A DNA stretch of 64,000 nt from Bacillota bacterium (GCA_963666425.2 OY762825.2:1888001-1952000), one strand, 5' to 3'; counted from the stretch's first letter, positions 27,964 through 36,855 are shown. Translations and numbers: made by a program. The notes: a model not told the origin generated them from the letters alone.

Positions 27964-28421
27964 TTTTTTGCCTCCTTTTTCGAAAGCAGATATCGACGAA
28001 TCGCGCGCAGATGACTCTGGTAACCGCTGCAGCGGCAGAGATTACCGGCCAGATAAGAGAGAATTTCCTGATCATCGGGATCCGTCAATTCACGTGTCAT
28101 CGCCAGGACGTTCATAATCAAACCGGGGTTGCAGAAGCCGCATTGATCGCCGCCTTCTTCCGCCAGAAAGCGGCCGAACTCGGCAGCCTCCTGCTGCAGC
28201 CCTTCCATGCTGGTGACGGTTTTGCCTTCGATGCGCAAAGCTGGTACGGAGCAGGAGAGCACAGGTGTGCCGTCCAGCCAGACTGTACAGAGACCGCAGT
28301 TCGTGGTTTCACAGCCGCACTTGACGCTGTAGCAGCCGACGGAACGAAGGTATTGATAAAGGGTTTCATCCGCTGCCGGAGATGCGGTGGTTTCCTTACC
28401 GTTCAGCCAGAATTTGATCAT
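27960..28421 (-). CDS. Xanthine dehydrogenase-family 2Fe-2S subunit
   Basis: KCGCETTNCGLC...LSC and QCGFC...NLCRC; ATG 28421 overlaps the upstream stop. Confidence 0.95.
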   Translation of the reverse strand: MIKFWLNGKETTASPAADETLYQYLRSVGCYSVKCGCETTNCGLCTVWLDGTPVLSCSVPALRIEGKTVTSMEGLQQEAAEFGRFLAEEGGDQCGFCNPGLIMNVLAMTRELTDPDDQEILSYLAGNLCRCSGYQSHLRAIRRYLLSKKEAKK

Positions 28422-29197
28422 TCTGCACACCCGCCTTTCAGCAAATCCGCTGCGCACTGCGCCAGTGCGGTTTGCGCCAGCACTTTGCGGTACTCGCTGC
28501 CGCAGCGCAGATCATCACCGTAACTGGTCTGTTCCGCTGCCCAATCGGCAAAAGCAGCCACGGACAGGTTCTCTGTATTGGCAATCAGCACGGCCCGGCC
28601 GGGTCGGGCACCGATGACTGCCTGCAGGATCGAATCTCTTTGGTTCATTGCGCAGGAAATCAGGGGGAAATCGGTTTTTGTTTTGTGAACTGCGTGATAA
28701 GAGACGAGGATCTCCTGCTTTGGAATCAGCACAGCCACCAGGAGATCGCGTCCCAAACCGTTGCCTTCCAGGAATTCCCGTAAAGCAAGACGGCCGCTCT
28801 GATAAAGCTCAACCGAAGCATCCAACGCCAACAGACAAGTCACTAAGTCAGAAAAACCATAACGCCCGGCCACGCTGCCGCCGATGGTGGCTGTATTGCG
28901 GAATTGAGTGCCGACAATGGCATAAACAGAAGCAGCAATGCAAGGACCAAAAGCGGCTTTTAAACTTTCGCTCTTTTCCCAAGTGCGCTCGCTGACCATA
29001 CAGCCAATGCGAAACTCATTTTCCTTTTCTTCAATTTGATTGAGCCCCAGCTGTTCCAGATCAATGATACTGTCGTAATGGGCACTGCCCAAACGGAGCC
29101 ACATGCCGCCGCCAAGTATCGTGTTTTTGGGATTTTGATTCAATTGCCAAGCCTCCTGCAGAGACTGGGCTTTGATAAAATGATCCGCAGTATACAT
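28418..29197 (-). CDS. Xanthine dehydrogenase-family FAD-binding subunit (YgfM-like)
   Basis: LGGGMWL, QFRNTATIGGS, SDL, DDLRCGSEYR motifs. Confidence 0.92.
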   Translation of the reverse strand: MYTADHFIKAQSLQEAWQLNQNPKNTILGGGMWLRLGSAHYDSIIDLEQLGLNQIEEKENEFRIGCMVSERTWEKSESLKAAFGPCIAASVYAIVGTQFRNTATIGGSVAGRYGFSDLVTCLLALDASVELYQSGRLALREFLEGNGLGRDLLVAVLIPKQEILVSYHAVHKTKTDFPLISCAMNQRDSILQAVIGARPGRAVLIANTENLSVAAFADWAAEQTSYGDDLRCGSEYRKVLAQTALAQCAADLLKGGCAE

Positions 29198-29333
29198 AGG
29201 ACACTTCCTTTCTTGCCACGCTCGGATGCTCTGATTTTTATCGTGATACCCTGTTCTTTTGCGATGTATTTCTCTGCCGTTTCAAGCGCGTTTTGTTCTC
29301 TTTTACTATAAAGGTAAGCAGAGCAAAAGTCAA

Positions 29334-29521
29334 TCAGCTGCCGAGTTCTTCCGCTTTTTGATAGCGGTAAAACTCGGTGACTTGGATCCGACTGTGCAGC
29401 GAGCTGCCGGCTGCTGCCAGATACTGAGCGACTGTGATGCTGTCATCCTTGATGGTCTGCTGTTCCAGTAGGCAGCTCTCCCGGTAGAATTTCTCCAGGC
29501 GCCCCTGCAGGATTTTTGCCA
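29334..29521 (-). repeat. Direct repeat: copy of the last 188 bp of tsf (partner at 34884-35071)
   Basis: Base-by-base comparison at offset 5550 shows 188 bp with 2 mismatches, both synonymous in the tsf frame. Confidence 0.95.
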
Positions 29522-29592
29522 AGAATGACGGTAGGCTCGGTAAGATGATTTTCTGTCGTAGTTTAATGGTTGCTTCAATATCCTTTCCAATT

Positions 29593-30300
29593 TCATTTTT
29601 TTACTGTGATCTGCGTCAAGCCTTCCGCGATGCGTAAAATATCTGATTTTGCCAGATCACTGTTTACAGAAAAGACAATTTTACCTTTTTTGTCAATCCA
29701 GATTAAGTTATTGGTGTTGGAGTCTCCAGCAGCATGATAAAAATCTGCTTCTACGCCATTAATTATCACATCTTCGCGTAAGTTTTCTGCGTTTTTAGCA
29801 AGGAGTTCGGTGTGAATGCTATCGACAACCGCATAATACTCAATCACAATTCCGCTTTTGCTGTTTTGTTTCTGGTATAAACGGCCGTGCATCGTCTCGT
29901 CGGAATATTCATAAACCTGTTCATAACCCTCCGGCAGCCAGGTTGGTTCATAATTCGGCAGTATACCAGTTTCATCTTGCCCCCAAAAATGATATATGAT
30001 ACTGTTTTCATACACTTCTCGAATCCAACTGAACACTACTCCACGGGCTTCAGCATTAAAGGTGAACCAAACACTTGAAGTGATCAGTAATATCAAGAAA
30101 GCTGAAGCAATTCGTTGTATGAATCTGTTCCTTTTATAAACATAATTTACCCTTAAGCGCATCAGGTCCATTTTACTTTGAAATTCGACTGAGAATTCAT
30201 ACTCACAGTCTGACGGGTTGGGAAGGGAATTCAACATGGCGGAACGAACAGACTGAGCTGCTTTGCTCAGTGCTTCTTCGGTAATAGTTATACTACTCAA
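29593..30300 (-). CDS. Membrane anti-sigma factor candidate (DUF4367-like)
   Basis: Overlaps the ECF sigma stop; one TM helix; YEPTWLPEGY, VIINGVEADFY and LIW motifs. Confidence 0.8.
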   Translation of the reverse strand: MSSITITEEALSKAAQSVRSAMLNSLPNPSDCEYEFSVEFQSKMDLMRLRVNYVYKRNRFIQRIASAFLILLITSSVWFTFNAEARGVVFSWIREVYENSIIYHFWGQDETGILPNYEPTWLPEGYEQVYEYSDETMHGRLYQKQNSKSGIVIEYYAVVDSIHTELLAKNAENLREDVIINGVEADFYHAAGDSNTNNLIWIDKKGKIVFSVNSDLAKSDILRIAEGLTQITVKK

Positions 30301-30818
30301 TTCGAGTCATCCTCCTTTTCCATCTGCTTCTGAAGAGATTCCTTGGCACGCCAAAGTAATTTTTGTACAGAACCGAGTGGCATGTTTAGCATATTGGCAA
30401 TTTCCTTAGTGTTGAAGCCGTTATCGTAATGCAATAGTAAGACTTCACGATATCGTGCCGGAAGCATAGCCATGGCATCAGCAAGATTACTATCTCCAGG
30501 CAATGGAATTGTAATACCGGCGAGTTTATCTTCAAAGTCGATGTCTACGATTTTTGAATTGGCTCGAATAATGTCTATTGCTTTTCGTTCCACAATGATA
30601 ACTATGTAAGAACGTGTTTTCAAACACTTCACATCGGGTATTTTTTTCAAGTTTTCTATGATGGACAGAAATGCCTGATGTACAGCATCTTCAGCAGAAT
30701 GAGGGTTGTTAAGAATTTTCATTGCTATATGATACATCAGTCCTCGATACTGAGAATACAGCTGCTCAAACTTACTTCTCTCTTCTTCACTTTCAATTGC
30801 TTGTAAATAGATCAGCAT
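30297..30818 (-). CDS. ECF-type RNA polymerase sigma factor
   Basis: Region 2 AEDAVHQAF...RKAIDIIR; region 4 LPARYREVLLLHY...TKEIANML...VQKLLWRAK; GGAGGTG RBS. Confidence 0.93.
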   Translation of the reverse strand: MLIYLQAIESEEERSKFEQLYSQYRGLMYHIAMKILNNPHSAEDAVHQAFLSIIENLKKIPDVKCLKTRSYIVIIVERKAIDIIRANSKIVDIDFEDKLAGITIPLPGDSNLADAMAMLPARYREVLLLHYDNGFNTKEIANMLNMPLGSVQKLLWRAKESLQKQMEKEDDSN

Positions 30819-30847
30819 ATTCTCCACCTCCGATTCATACTATCAAC

Positions 30848-30876
30848 AGAATAGGCTTTATCCATTATTTTGTCAA
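30848..30876 (-). promoter_or_regulatory. Sigma-A-type promoter of the ECF sigma gene
   Basis: TTGACA-N17-TATTCT on the minus strand. Confidence 0.6.
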
Positions 30877-30897
30877 TAATTTATCTTCCATTACACT

Positions 30898-30944
30898 AAA
30901 AGAACCTCAATCGTCCTATGTTGAAAGACGGAATGAGGTTCTTT
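30898..30944 (-). terminator. Terminator between the lipoprotein and ECF sigma genes
   Basis: aaagaacctca...tgaggttcttt inverted repeat. Confidence 0.6.
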
Positions 30945-30954
30945 GGGTACATTT

Positions 30955-32733
30955 TTACTTCTTCACTTCAATGATGTTAAGAACGGTTTCTCCTTTTGCT
31001 CCAAATCCAAAAGCATAAATTCTTTTACCGGTATCGCTGAGCGTATAGGTTGCATCGGGCCGTGTACTATCGCGGCCGCGCGCACCCATGAAAATTGCGG
31101 TATCCTCGATGGCCCAGATTTCTTTGTCCCAGCTGTCCTCCGGGTAATCATACCATGCGATGTAGAAATTGGTCACATGAGATAATTTTGAGCCGTACAA
31201 TTGAAAGGCAAGATATTGCTCATGATATCCGGGAACAAATTGCCGATTCTCACTGCTGAACTCGTAGTGTCCAAAGGTTCGGATGTTTTCCTCGGTAATA
31301 TAGTGGTTGATTCCTTCATAGTGTTCCGGTAAGGGCGGACCACCGTAGTCGGGACCAGAAAACCGATTGCCATACTGAACATCTCCCCCGCCAAGCAATA
31401 CCCCATGTTTTGTGGGGGTCAAATTCACTCCCGCATTACTTTGCGTGTGCAGCACTTGACCATTGAGCAGATTCACGACACCAAAACCGGAGAGTTGTTC
31501 ATTATCCGTGTCCGGTATAGCGCCTCCCCAGGTATAGGTGAGGGTATGCTTGGCTGAAATCTGAAGCTGCTCCAAGTGTCCCAGAGTGTCGATAGCCAAT
31601 TCTTCGCTACTCCAACTGCCTTGTTCAACAAAATCTTGACTCGGCGACCAATCTCCCCAGACGATACGGTTTTCTGCTGCATCAATATACGCCATTTCAT
31701 TAAGCGTTTCATTAATCGCTATCCCTTTTCTTGTCCATTGTCCAGCCGTTGGCAAGATGCCTGCTGAAGTGACTTTAATTTCGTTTTGCTCTATGCTGAG
31801 CAGCGAAAGCTTCTCGGCGCCTTCCTCCTTCGCCATCGCCGCCGCATAAGCGAATGTATTTTCGTTTAGTCGTTCTACATGATAATCAGCGATTAATCCT
31901 CCCTGTAAATCCAAAATGACGGTTAGCACTTCTGTCCGGCTTTTCCAGTTGTAGATCGTGGCTCGCAACTGTTGGTTTTTTTCATAAAGGATCAGCAAAT
32001 GTTCGCCATCCATTTCGTAAAGATAATCTGCCGGATGGTTTCTTACAGTGCTTACATTGTCTTCCCAAGTTTTTTTATCATGATACAAAAAGGGTAATTC
32101 GGATATTTGCTCTATGCCCGGTTCAATCAACTCATATCCTTTTTTTTGTAAGGATTCCACAGAATACGTTAAGGTGGTGAACCCATCACCAACCTTAATA
32201 TCAACGTGAGGCCGCGAAGCCAACCAATGTTCACTCAGATAACCTTCCTGATCTGAGGCGTATCGTTCTTCAACGGCATAGGTGAAAAAGCGGACAAATT
32301 TCATATTCTCCGGCGGATATTCACTGCCATGTCCCGGCTGATCAGCCAGAGACATTTTATACACATGAATCTCTACTTGTTTTTGATCGGCAATGACCTG
32401 ATACACAGAGTATTTATCGATAAATGCTTTGATCTTCTTCGCATCCGTTAGTTCGGTCAGTTCTTTCAAATCTGCCTTGCCGGGTATCCCTTCGTCATAG
32501 AAATAGGACCATTTACTCGGAGGTTGATTGTAACTGAGCATCAGCGTTGATTGGCTGTCGGGGATATTCTCCATAATCAGCTGGGCAAACTCATCAAACG
32601 CGTTTTTGTTTCCTTCCCATAATTTGACCATATCTGCAATCGTATCCGGATATTTGATCGTTTGACAACCGGACAACAAGATAACGATGAAAAGCAGCAG
32701 AGCAGCCAAAACCTTTGAGTGATGTCTTTTCAT
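30955..32733 (-). CDS. Hypothetical lipoprotein (592 aa)
   Basis: Signal peptide with lipobox LLSGC; no family recognised. Confidence 0.75.
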   Translation of the reverse strand: MKRHHSKVLAALLLFIVILLSGCQTIKYPDTIADMVKLWEGNKNAFDEFAQLIMENIPDSQSTLMLSYNQPPSKWSYFYDEGIPGKADLKELTELTDAKKIKAFIDKYSVYQVIADQKQVEIHVYKMSLADQPGHGSEYPPENMKFVRFFTYAVEERYASDQEGYLSEHWLASRPHVDIKVGDGFTTLTYSVESLQKKGYELIEPGIEQISELPFLYHDKKTWEDNVSTVRNHPADYLYEMDGEHLLILYEKNQQLRATIYNWKSRTEVLTVILDLQGGLIADYHVERLNENTFAYAAAMAKEEGAEKLSLLSIEQNEIKVTSAGILPTAGQWTRKGIAINETLNEMAYIDAAENRIVWGDWSPSQDFVEQGSWSSEELAIDTLGHLEQLQISAKHTLTYTWGGAIPDTDNEQLSGFGVVNLLNGQVLHTQSNAGVNLTPTKHGVLLGGGDVQYGNRFSGPDYGGPPLPEHYEGINHYITEENIRTFGHYEFSSENRQFVPGYHEQYLAFQLYGSKLSHVTNFYIAWYDYPEDSWDKEIWAIEDTAIFMGARGRDSTRPDATYTLSDTGKRIYAFGFGAKGETVLNIIEVKK

Positions 32734-32745
32734 GTGTTGCTCCTT

Positions 32746-33465
32746 CTAATCGTTTCGCATAACCACAGCTTTCCCTTTCAGTTGATTCACAAGTTCTTTA
32801 TATTCACTTGAATTCTGCAGATAGAGATTGTCAACTGCTTCATTGGGGTATTTTACTTTCAACTCTTCCAACAGCCCGCTAAACATCTTACCAATGGTCA
32901 GTTTGACCTGATAGTGTGGTAGAATATTCTCTTGGGCATATTCTTCGAACGTCAAGCCCAAACCCTTAGCATACTGGGTTAGAATCTCCACTTGCTCCGA
33001 TGGGAGTTTAGAGGAGACATTTTCATAGTAGGCTTGCACGTCGGCTTCGCTTGCTGAGAATCCCTGTTCGACCGCCGCCTGATAAAAGATCTCGTCTTCA
33101 ATCATTTCTGCGAGCATTTTCTCTTTTACATCGGTTTCGTTCTTCTGCTTGGTTAGTGCATCTACTTTTTGTTGGTAATCTGCCTGCGTGATTTGGCCGG
33201 CTGCCAGCAACTTGCGATATTTTTGTAGTTCTACTTTGTAGAGTACTTCTATATTGAAGACAACTCTTGATAATTCGCGTTCCGGTAACCCAACACCGTT
33301 GACGGTAGCAATAATCTCTTGATTGGTAAGTAAATCACTGCGAACTATCGCGGTTTCTTCTGCAATCCAGTCATATTCAGTATTTTCGTTTGCATTTAGA
33401 AAAACAAACGCCGATGCCAAGACGAGCATAGCGGTTGTTGCTATGATTAGCGTTTTCTTCTTCAT
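32746..33465 (-). CDS. SurA/PrsA N-terminal-like exported chaperone candidate (no PPIase domain)
   Basis: N-terminal hydrophobic segment, IIATVNG, MIEDEIFYQAAVEQG..SEADV, LGLTFEEY. Confidence 0.65.
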   Translation of the reverse strand: MKKKTLIIATTAMLVLASAFVFLNANENTEYDWIAEETAIVRSDLLTNQEIIATVNGVGLPERELSRVVFNIEVLYKVELQKYRKLLAAGQITQADYQQKVDALTKQKNETDVKEKMLAEMIEDEIFYQAAVEQGFSASEADVQAYYENVSSKLPSEQVEILTQYAKGLGLTFEEYAQENILPHYQVKLTIGKMFSGLLEELKVKYPNEAVDNLYLQNSSEYKELVNQLKGKAVVMRND

Positions 33466-33505
33466 GACAGTCACTCCTTTTAGGTTAAGTCTCCTGAGTA
33501 TTTAC

Positions 33506-34000
33506 TCAGAAGCTTACAGTCCTGAAACTGTAACCGGTATCGAAGGCATAGCCAAGCTGTCCTGTGATTGGAAAATACGCACCGATCCAATGACCTGTAG
33601 AAACAGCAATAGGATTATTTCTGTTCTCAGCTGCAACAGCAGAAATTCCGGAAAAAGAGGTTTCAGTTTCATTTTGATTATAATCGACGCCAGATATTCT
33701 CAATAGATGCTGAGAAACGTCAATATCCGAAATAACTTGAGTGATGGGTATTGATGGATCACTACTGACTTCCTGAAAGACGATTTGACTTTGCTGGGTT
33801 TTCATGGTGTTATTATCAAAGGTATAACCTGATGTAACGTAAAAAACAGCAGTATCCGGTGAAAAAAAAGGATCGATAAAACTAACATACACACTCGTGT
33901 TTGTTACAGCATTATTACTCCAAGCTAGCACCGAACCCGATACAAGCACTATTAACATGATTGAAACTAATGTTATCATAAGAATATGTTTCTTCTGCAT
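33506..34000 (-). CDS. Hypothetical secreted protein
   Basis: Signal peptide MQKKHILM...SVLA; GGAGG RBS. Confidence 0.75.
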   Translation of the reverse strand: MQKKHILMITLVSIMLIVLVSGSVLAWSNNAVTNTSVYVSFIDPFFSPDTAVFYVTSGYTFDNNTMKTQQSQIVFQEVSSDPSIPITQVISDIDVSQHLLRISGVDYNQNETETSFSGISAVAAENRNNPIAVSTGHWIGAYFPITGQLGYAFDTGYSFRTVSF

Positions 34001-34228
34001 CGTGAATCCTCCTAGTTTAGAATTAATTAGGAATAATGAAAGAGAAGTGGTTGCAAATATTGTGCGCGTTCAGCAATCAATTATTCACTTTGTACACGGG
34101 TTCAGTCCTCTTTCAAAAAATAAAATGGCAGCTTTCGGTGATAACCTTCAAATACTTTCGTCGTGTTTACTATTATTTACGATGATAGGGCTCGAAAAAT
34201 CGGAGTTAAAAAAACAAACTTAGCTTCT

Positions 34229-34570
34229 TCAACATGTTTTTATGACAGGTGTTCCTGTAAATGCTACCCCATCAATAGTCCCTGTTACTTCTAAAGTGTA
34301 GGTTAGTCCGCTAATTACGCTATGGTTTCCGGCAATAACCAGGTAAGATGTTGCAGAGCCCGACCAAGAGTCGATAAGAGTATCACCTTGCCATAGTTCT
34401 AAGGTTGCTTCAATATCCTTTCCAATTTCAGTAATACTAACTCTGCAATAGGCAGTTGTCCCTGTAAAGGTTAGAGTCGGAGTTACCATTGTGGTTCTAA
34501 TCGCTGCACTCACCATCATGCTATTGGATATTATGGAAACTAAAACAATGGTCAGTAAAATCCTCTTCAA
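34229..34570 (-). CDS. Small secreted beta-rich protein of the kind often linked to DUF4367 sigma loci
   Basis: TTG start after GGAGGTGA; signal peptide ...MVSA; two Cys; PTLTFTGTTAYC and ATLELWQG..IDSWS. Confidence 0.7.
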   Translation of the reverse strand: MKRILLTIVLVSIISNSMMVSAAIRTTMVTPTLTFTGTTAYCRVSITEIGKDIEATLELWQGDTLIDSWSGSATSYLVIAGNHSVISGLTYTLEVTGTIDGVAFTGTPVIKTC

Positions 34571-34793
34571 AAAAATCACCTCCTTCCTTCGTTTTCTTCT
34601 CATTATATAAAACGGAGAAAGGTGGTGATTCCGGACACTCAAAACAAAAAAAATTCGCTGCACTCGGTATGATCTCCCCGACCATCATCCAAAAAATGAT
34701 GTCAGTGAGGATTTCATCCATTATAATAATCGAATTTCACTGTTATGACACAGTTCGCAGGTTAGCTCCGACCATACGCTGGCTTTGCTCGAG

Positions 34794-34895
34794 GTTGTTT
34801 CAGATCGCTTACGCTTTCATAATGGGTACTATCCAGGCGAAATCACATGCCGTCGCCCAGAATGGTATTTTTAGGATTCTGATTCAGCTGCCGAG
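34794..34895 (-). pseudogene. Degenerate remnant of the 5' end of the FAD-subunit gene, abutting the tsf stop
   Basis: Ungapped manual alignment to 29050-29151 gives ~74% identity. Translates RQLNQNPKNTILGDGM*FRLDSTHYESVSDLKQ versus WQLNQNPKNTILGGGMWLRLGSAHYDSIIDLEQ. Confidence 0.8.
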
Positions 34896-35765
34896 TTCTT
34901 CCGCTTTTTGATAGCGGTAAAACTCGGTGACTTGGATCCGACTGTGCAGCGAGCTGCCGGCTGCTGCCAGATACTGAGCGACTGTGATGCTGTCATCCTT
35001 GATGGTCTGCTGTTCCAGTAGGCAGCTTTCCCGGTAGAATTTCTCCAAGCGCCCCTGCAGGATTTTTGCCAGGACAGCAGGCGGTTTTTTATGCATGGCT
35101 TGTTCCAATTCCAGCTCTGTCTGCAGTTGCGCTTTGACTGCCGCCAAAGCTGCCGGCTGGATCTGCTCGCGGGTCAGATACTTAGGCTGCATCGCCGCGA
35201 TCTGCATGGCAATTTCTTTACCAATCAATTGAAGAGCCGACGCCTCGATGGGGCGGTCAACGCTTAGATTGAGAATAACGCCGTATTTACCGTTCTGATG
35301 CATAAAGGCAATCGGAAAGTCACCGTTCAGTATCTGAAAACGGCGGATGACGATTTTTTCATTAAACATCAGGACCATTTTCTGTGTCAGCTGACGCACT
35401 GTCAGGTCCGGGTCATCACTGGGGCACTGCAGCAGCTGTTCCAGGTCGGTTGGGTTATATTTTGCAATTGCCCGCGCGATCTGTTCGGCATTGGCTATAA
35501 ATAAGGCGTTGCCGGCTACAAAATCGGATTCCGAACTGATTTCCAGCAAGACGGCGCGCTGACCGTAGACGCCTGCAAAAGCGATACCGTCCGCCGCCAC
35601 ACGCGTTTCTTTTTTTTGAGCTAAATGGAATCCTTTTTCAATTAAAATCGACATGGCGATTTTTAGATCATCATTGGCTGTATGCAGCGCTTGCCGGCAA
35701 TCGAGTACACCGGCGCCGGTTTCCTGCCGTAAAATTTTGATGTTCTCCAAACTCATTTTAGTCAT
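34884..35765 (-). CDS. tsf: Elongation factor Ts (probably a second paralog)
   Basis: IKILRQETGAGVLDCRQAL, ESDFVA, EKIVIRRF, IAMQIAAMQP, GRLEKFY..CLLEQ; not in the rpsB-tsf-pyrH context. Confidence 0.92.
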   Translation of the reverse strand: MTKMSLENIKILRQETGAGVLDCRQALHTANDDLKIAMSILIEKGFHLAQKKETRVAADGIAFAGVYGQRAVLLEISSESDFVAGNALFIANAEQIARAIAKYNPTDLEQLLQCPSDDPDLTVRQLTQKMVLMFNEKIVIRRFQILNGDFPIAFMHQNGKYGVILNLSVDRPIEASALQLIGKEIAMQIAAMQPKYLTREQIQPAALAAVKAQLQTELELEQAMHKKPPAVLAKILQGRLEKFYRESCLLEQQTIKDDSITVAQYLAAAGSSLHSRIQVTEFYRYQKAEELGS

Positions 35766-36310
35766 TCCTCCTGGTTGTAAATTTGATTGCCCCGCAGGAC
35801 ACGTTCTGTCCAGTTCAATTCCGTCTGATAAAACCCAATGATATTTTCATAAAGCATGGCAGCAAGCCAACGCTCCTCATCGGAGCGGTCCGGCAGTTCC
35901 AATTCCTGCTGCTGTTTTCGTTTTTGTAAAAGCAACTGATTGCGCAGCTCGGTTTGGTAATTCAGCATCAGCTCCTGCCATTGCCTTTTACTCAGCACGT
36001 TGGCGTTAGCAAATTGAATCAGAAAAGGTTTTTTAAATTCCGGCAATTCAATCGGCAGGCTGCAGATTTGTCCCTCAAGGGTCAGCCGGCCCTGCGCTGT
36101 GATGGTGTAGACTTTTTTAGAGGGAGCGCTCTCCTGATGTTCGGTCTGGCAGCTGACGAGACCCTGGTTTTTTAATTCCAATAAGACTTTATAAATCTGA
36201 TTGTTATTGCCGGACCAATACATAATCAGGGATTCCTGCATGGCTTTTTTTAAATCATAACCCGACATGGCTTTTTTATTCAGCAAACCTAAAATTGCGG
36301 TTTGAATCAA
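35762..36310 (-). CDS. PadR family transcriptional regulator
   Basis: AILGLL..MSGYDLKK, QIYKVL, KKVYTITAQG; TTG start after an AAGGTG RBS; overlaps the tsf start. Confidence 0.92.
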   Translation of the reverse strand: MIQTAILGLLNKKAMSGYDLKKAMQESLIMYWSGNNNQIYKVLLELKNQGLVSCQTEHQESAPSKKVYTITAQGRLTLEGQICSLPIELPEFKKPFLIQFANANVLSKRQWQELMLNYQTELRNQLLLQKRKQQQELELPDRSDEERWLAAMLYENIIGFYQTELNWTERVLRGNQIYNQEE

Positions 36311-36328
36311 AATAGCACCTTCTTTCTT

Positions 36329-36370
36329 TAACATAGGTTAATAATAACATATGTTAGGATAGGCTGTCAA
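36329..36370 (-). promoter_or_regulatory. Sigma-A promoter with two palindromic boxes (candidate PadR operator)
   Basis: TTGACA at 36365-36370 and TGnTATTAT; boxes TAACATATGTTA (36345-36356) and TAACATAGGTTA (36329-36340). Confidence 0.7.
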
Positions 36371-36483
36371 GCGATAAAAAATAAGCCGATGCTTTTTCTT
36401 TGACCATTTCATTGATTGATGAAACAGCAGCAGAAAAGCACCGGCTTGCCAAATCAGCAAATCGTCAGAGAGCAGAGGGGAGA

Positions 36484-36855
36484 TCAGCGTTTGGCCGGTA
36501 AAATCTCCAGCCAGTAACCATCCGGATCTTCGATAAAATAGATGCCCATACCCGGATTTTCATAGCAGATGATACCCATCTCCTGGTGCAGTTGATGAGC
36601 GGCGGCAAAATCGTCCACGATAAAGGCGATGTGAGATTCATTATCTCCCAGTTCATAAGGTCCCTGTTTATCCCGCAGCCAGGTGATTTCAAAGCTATAG
36701 ACACCGGAGCCGTCGGTAAGGTGGCAGATGCGGTAACGTCCGTCTTTGGCACTGCTGTCACGCTGAATTTTTAACCCCAGCGCTTTTTCATAGAAGTCCA
36801 AACTGCGCTGCATATCGGTCACATTGATGTTACTGTGGCTTAATTTGAATTGCAT
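36484..36855 (-). CDS. Lactoylglutathione lyase / VOC family protein
   Basis: HSNINVTDMQRSLDFY, EITW, HIAF, YFIEDPDGYWLEI. Confidence 0.9.
   Translation of the reverse strand: MQFKLSHSNINVTDMQRSLDFYEKALGLKIQRDSSAKDGRYRICHLTDGSGVYSFEITWLRDKQGPYELGDNESHIAFIVDDFAAAHQLHQEMGIICYENPGMGIYFIEDPDGYWLEILPAKR

Larger units (their letters stand above)
29522..34883. mobile_element. Putative genomic islet (ECF sigma/anti-sigma plus exported proteins) between tsf 3' direct repeats; no integrase seen
   Basis: Bounded by the 188-bp direct repeats; visibly AT-richer than the flanks; all six genes on the minus strand. Confidence 0.7.

Noticed and set aside
29330-29596. 88-aa ORF (and the nested 62-aa tsf-like ORF) read as real genes
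   Set aside because: They are chimeras of the 28-bp remnant, junction DNA and the duplicated tsf 3' end; the 62-aa ORF has no RBS.
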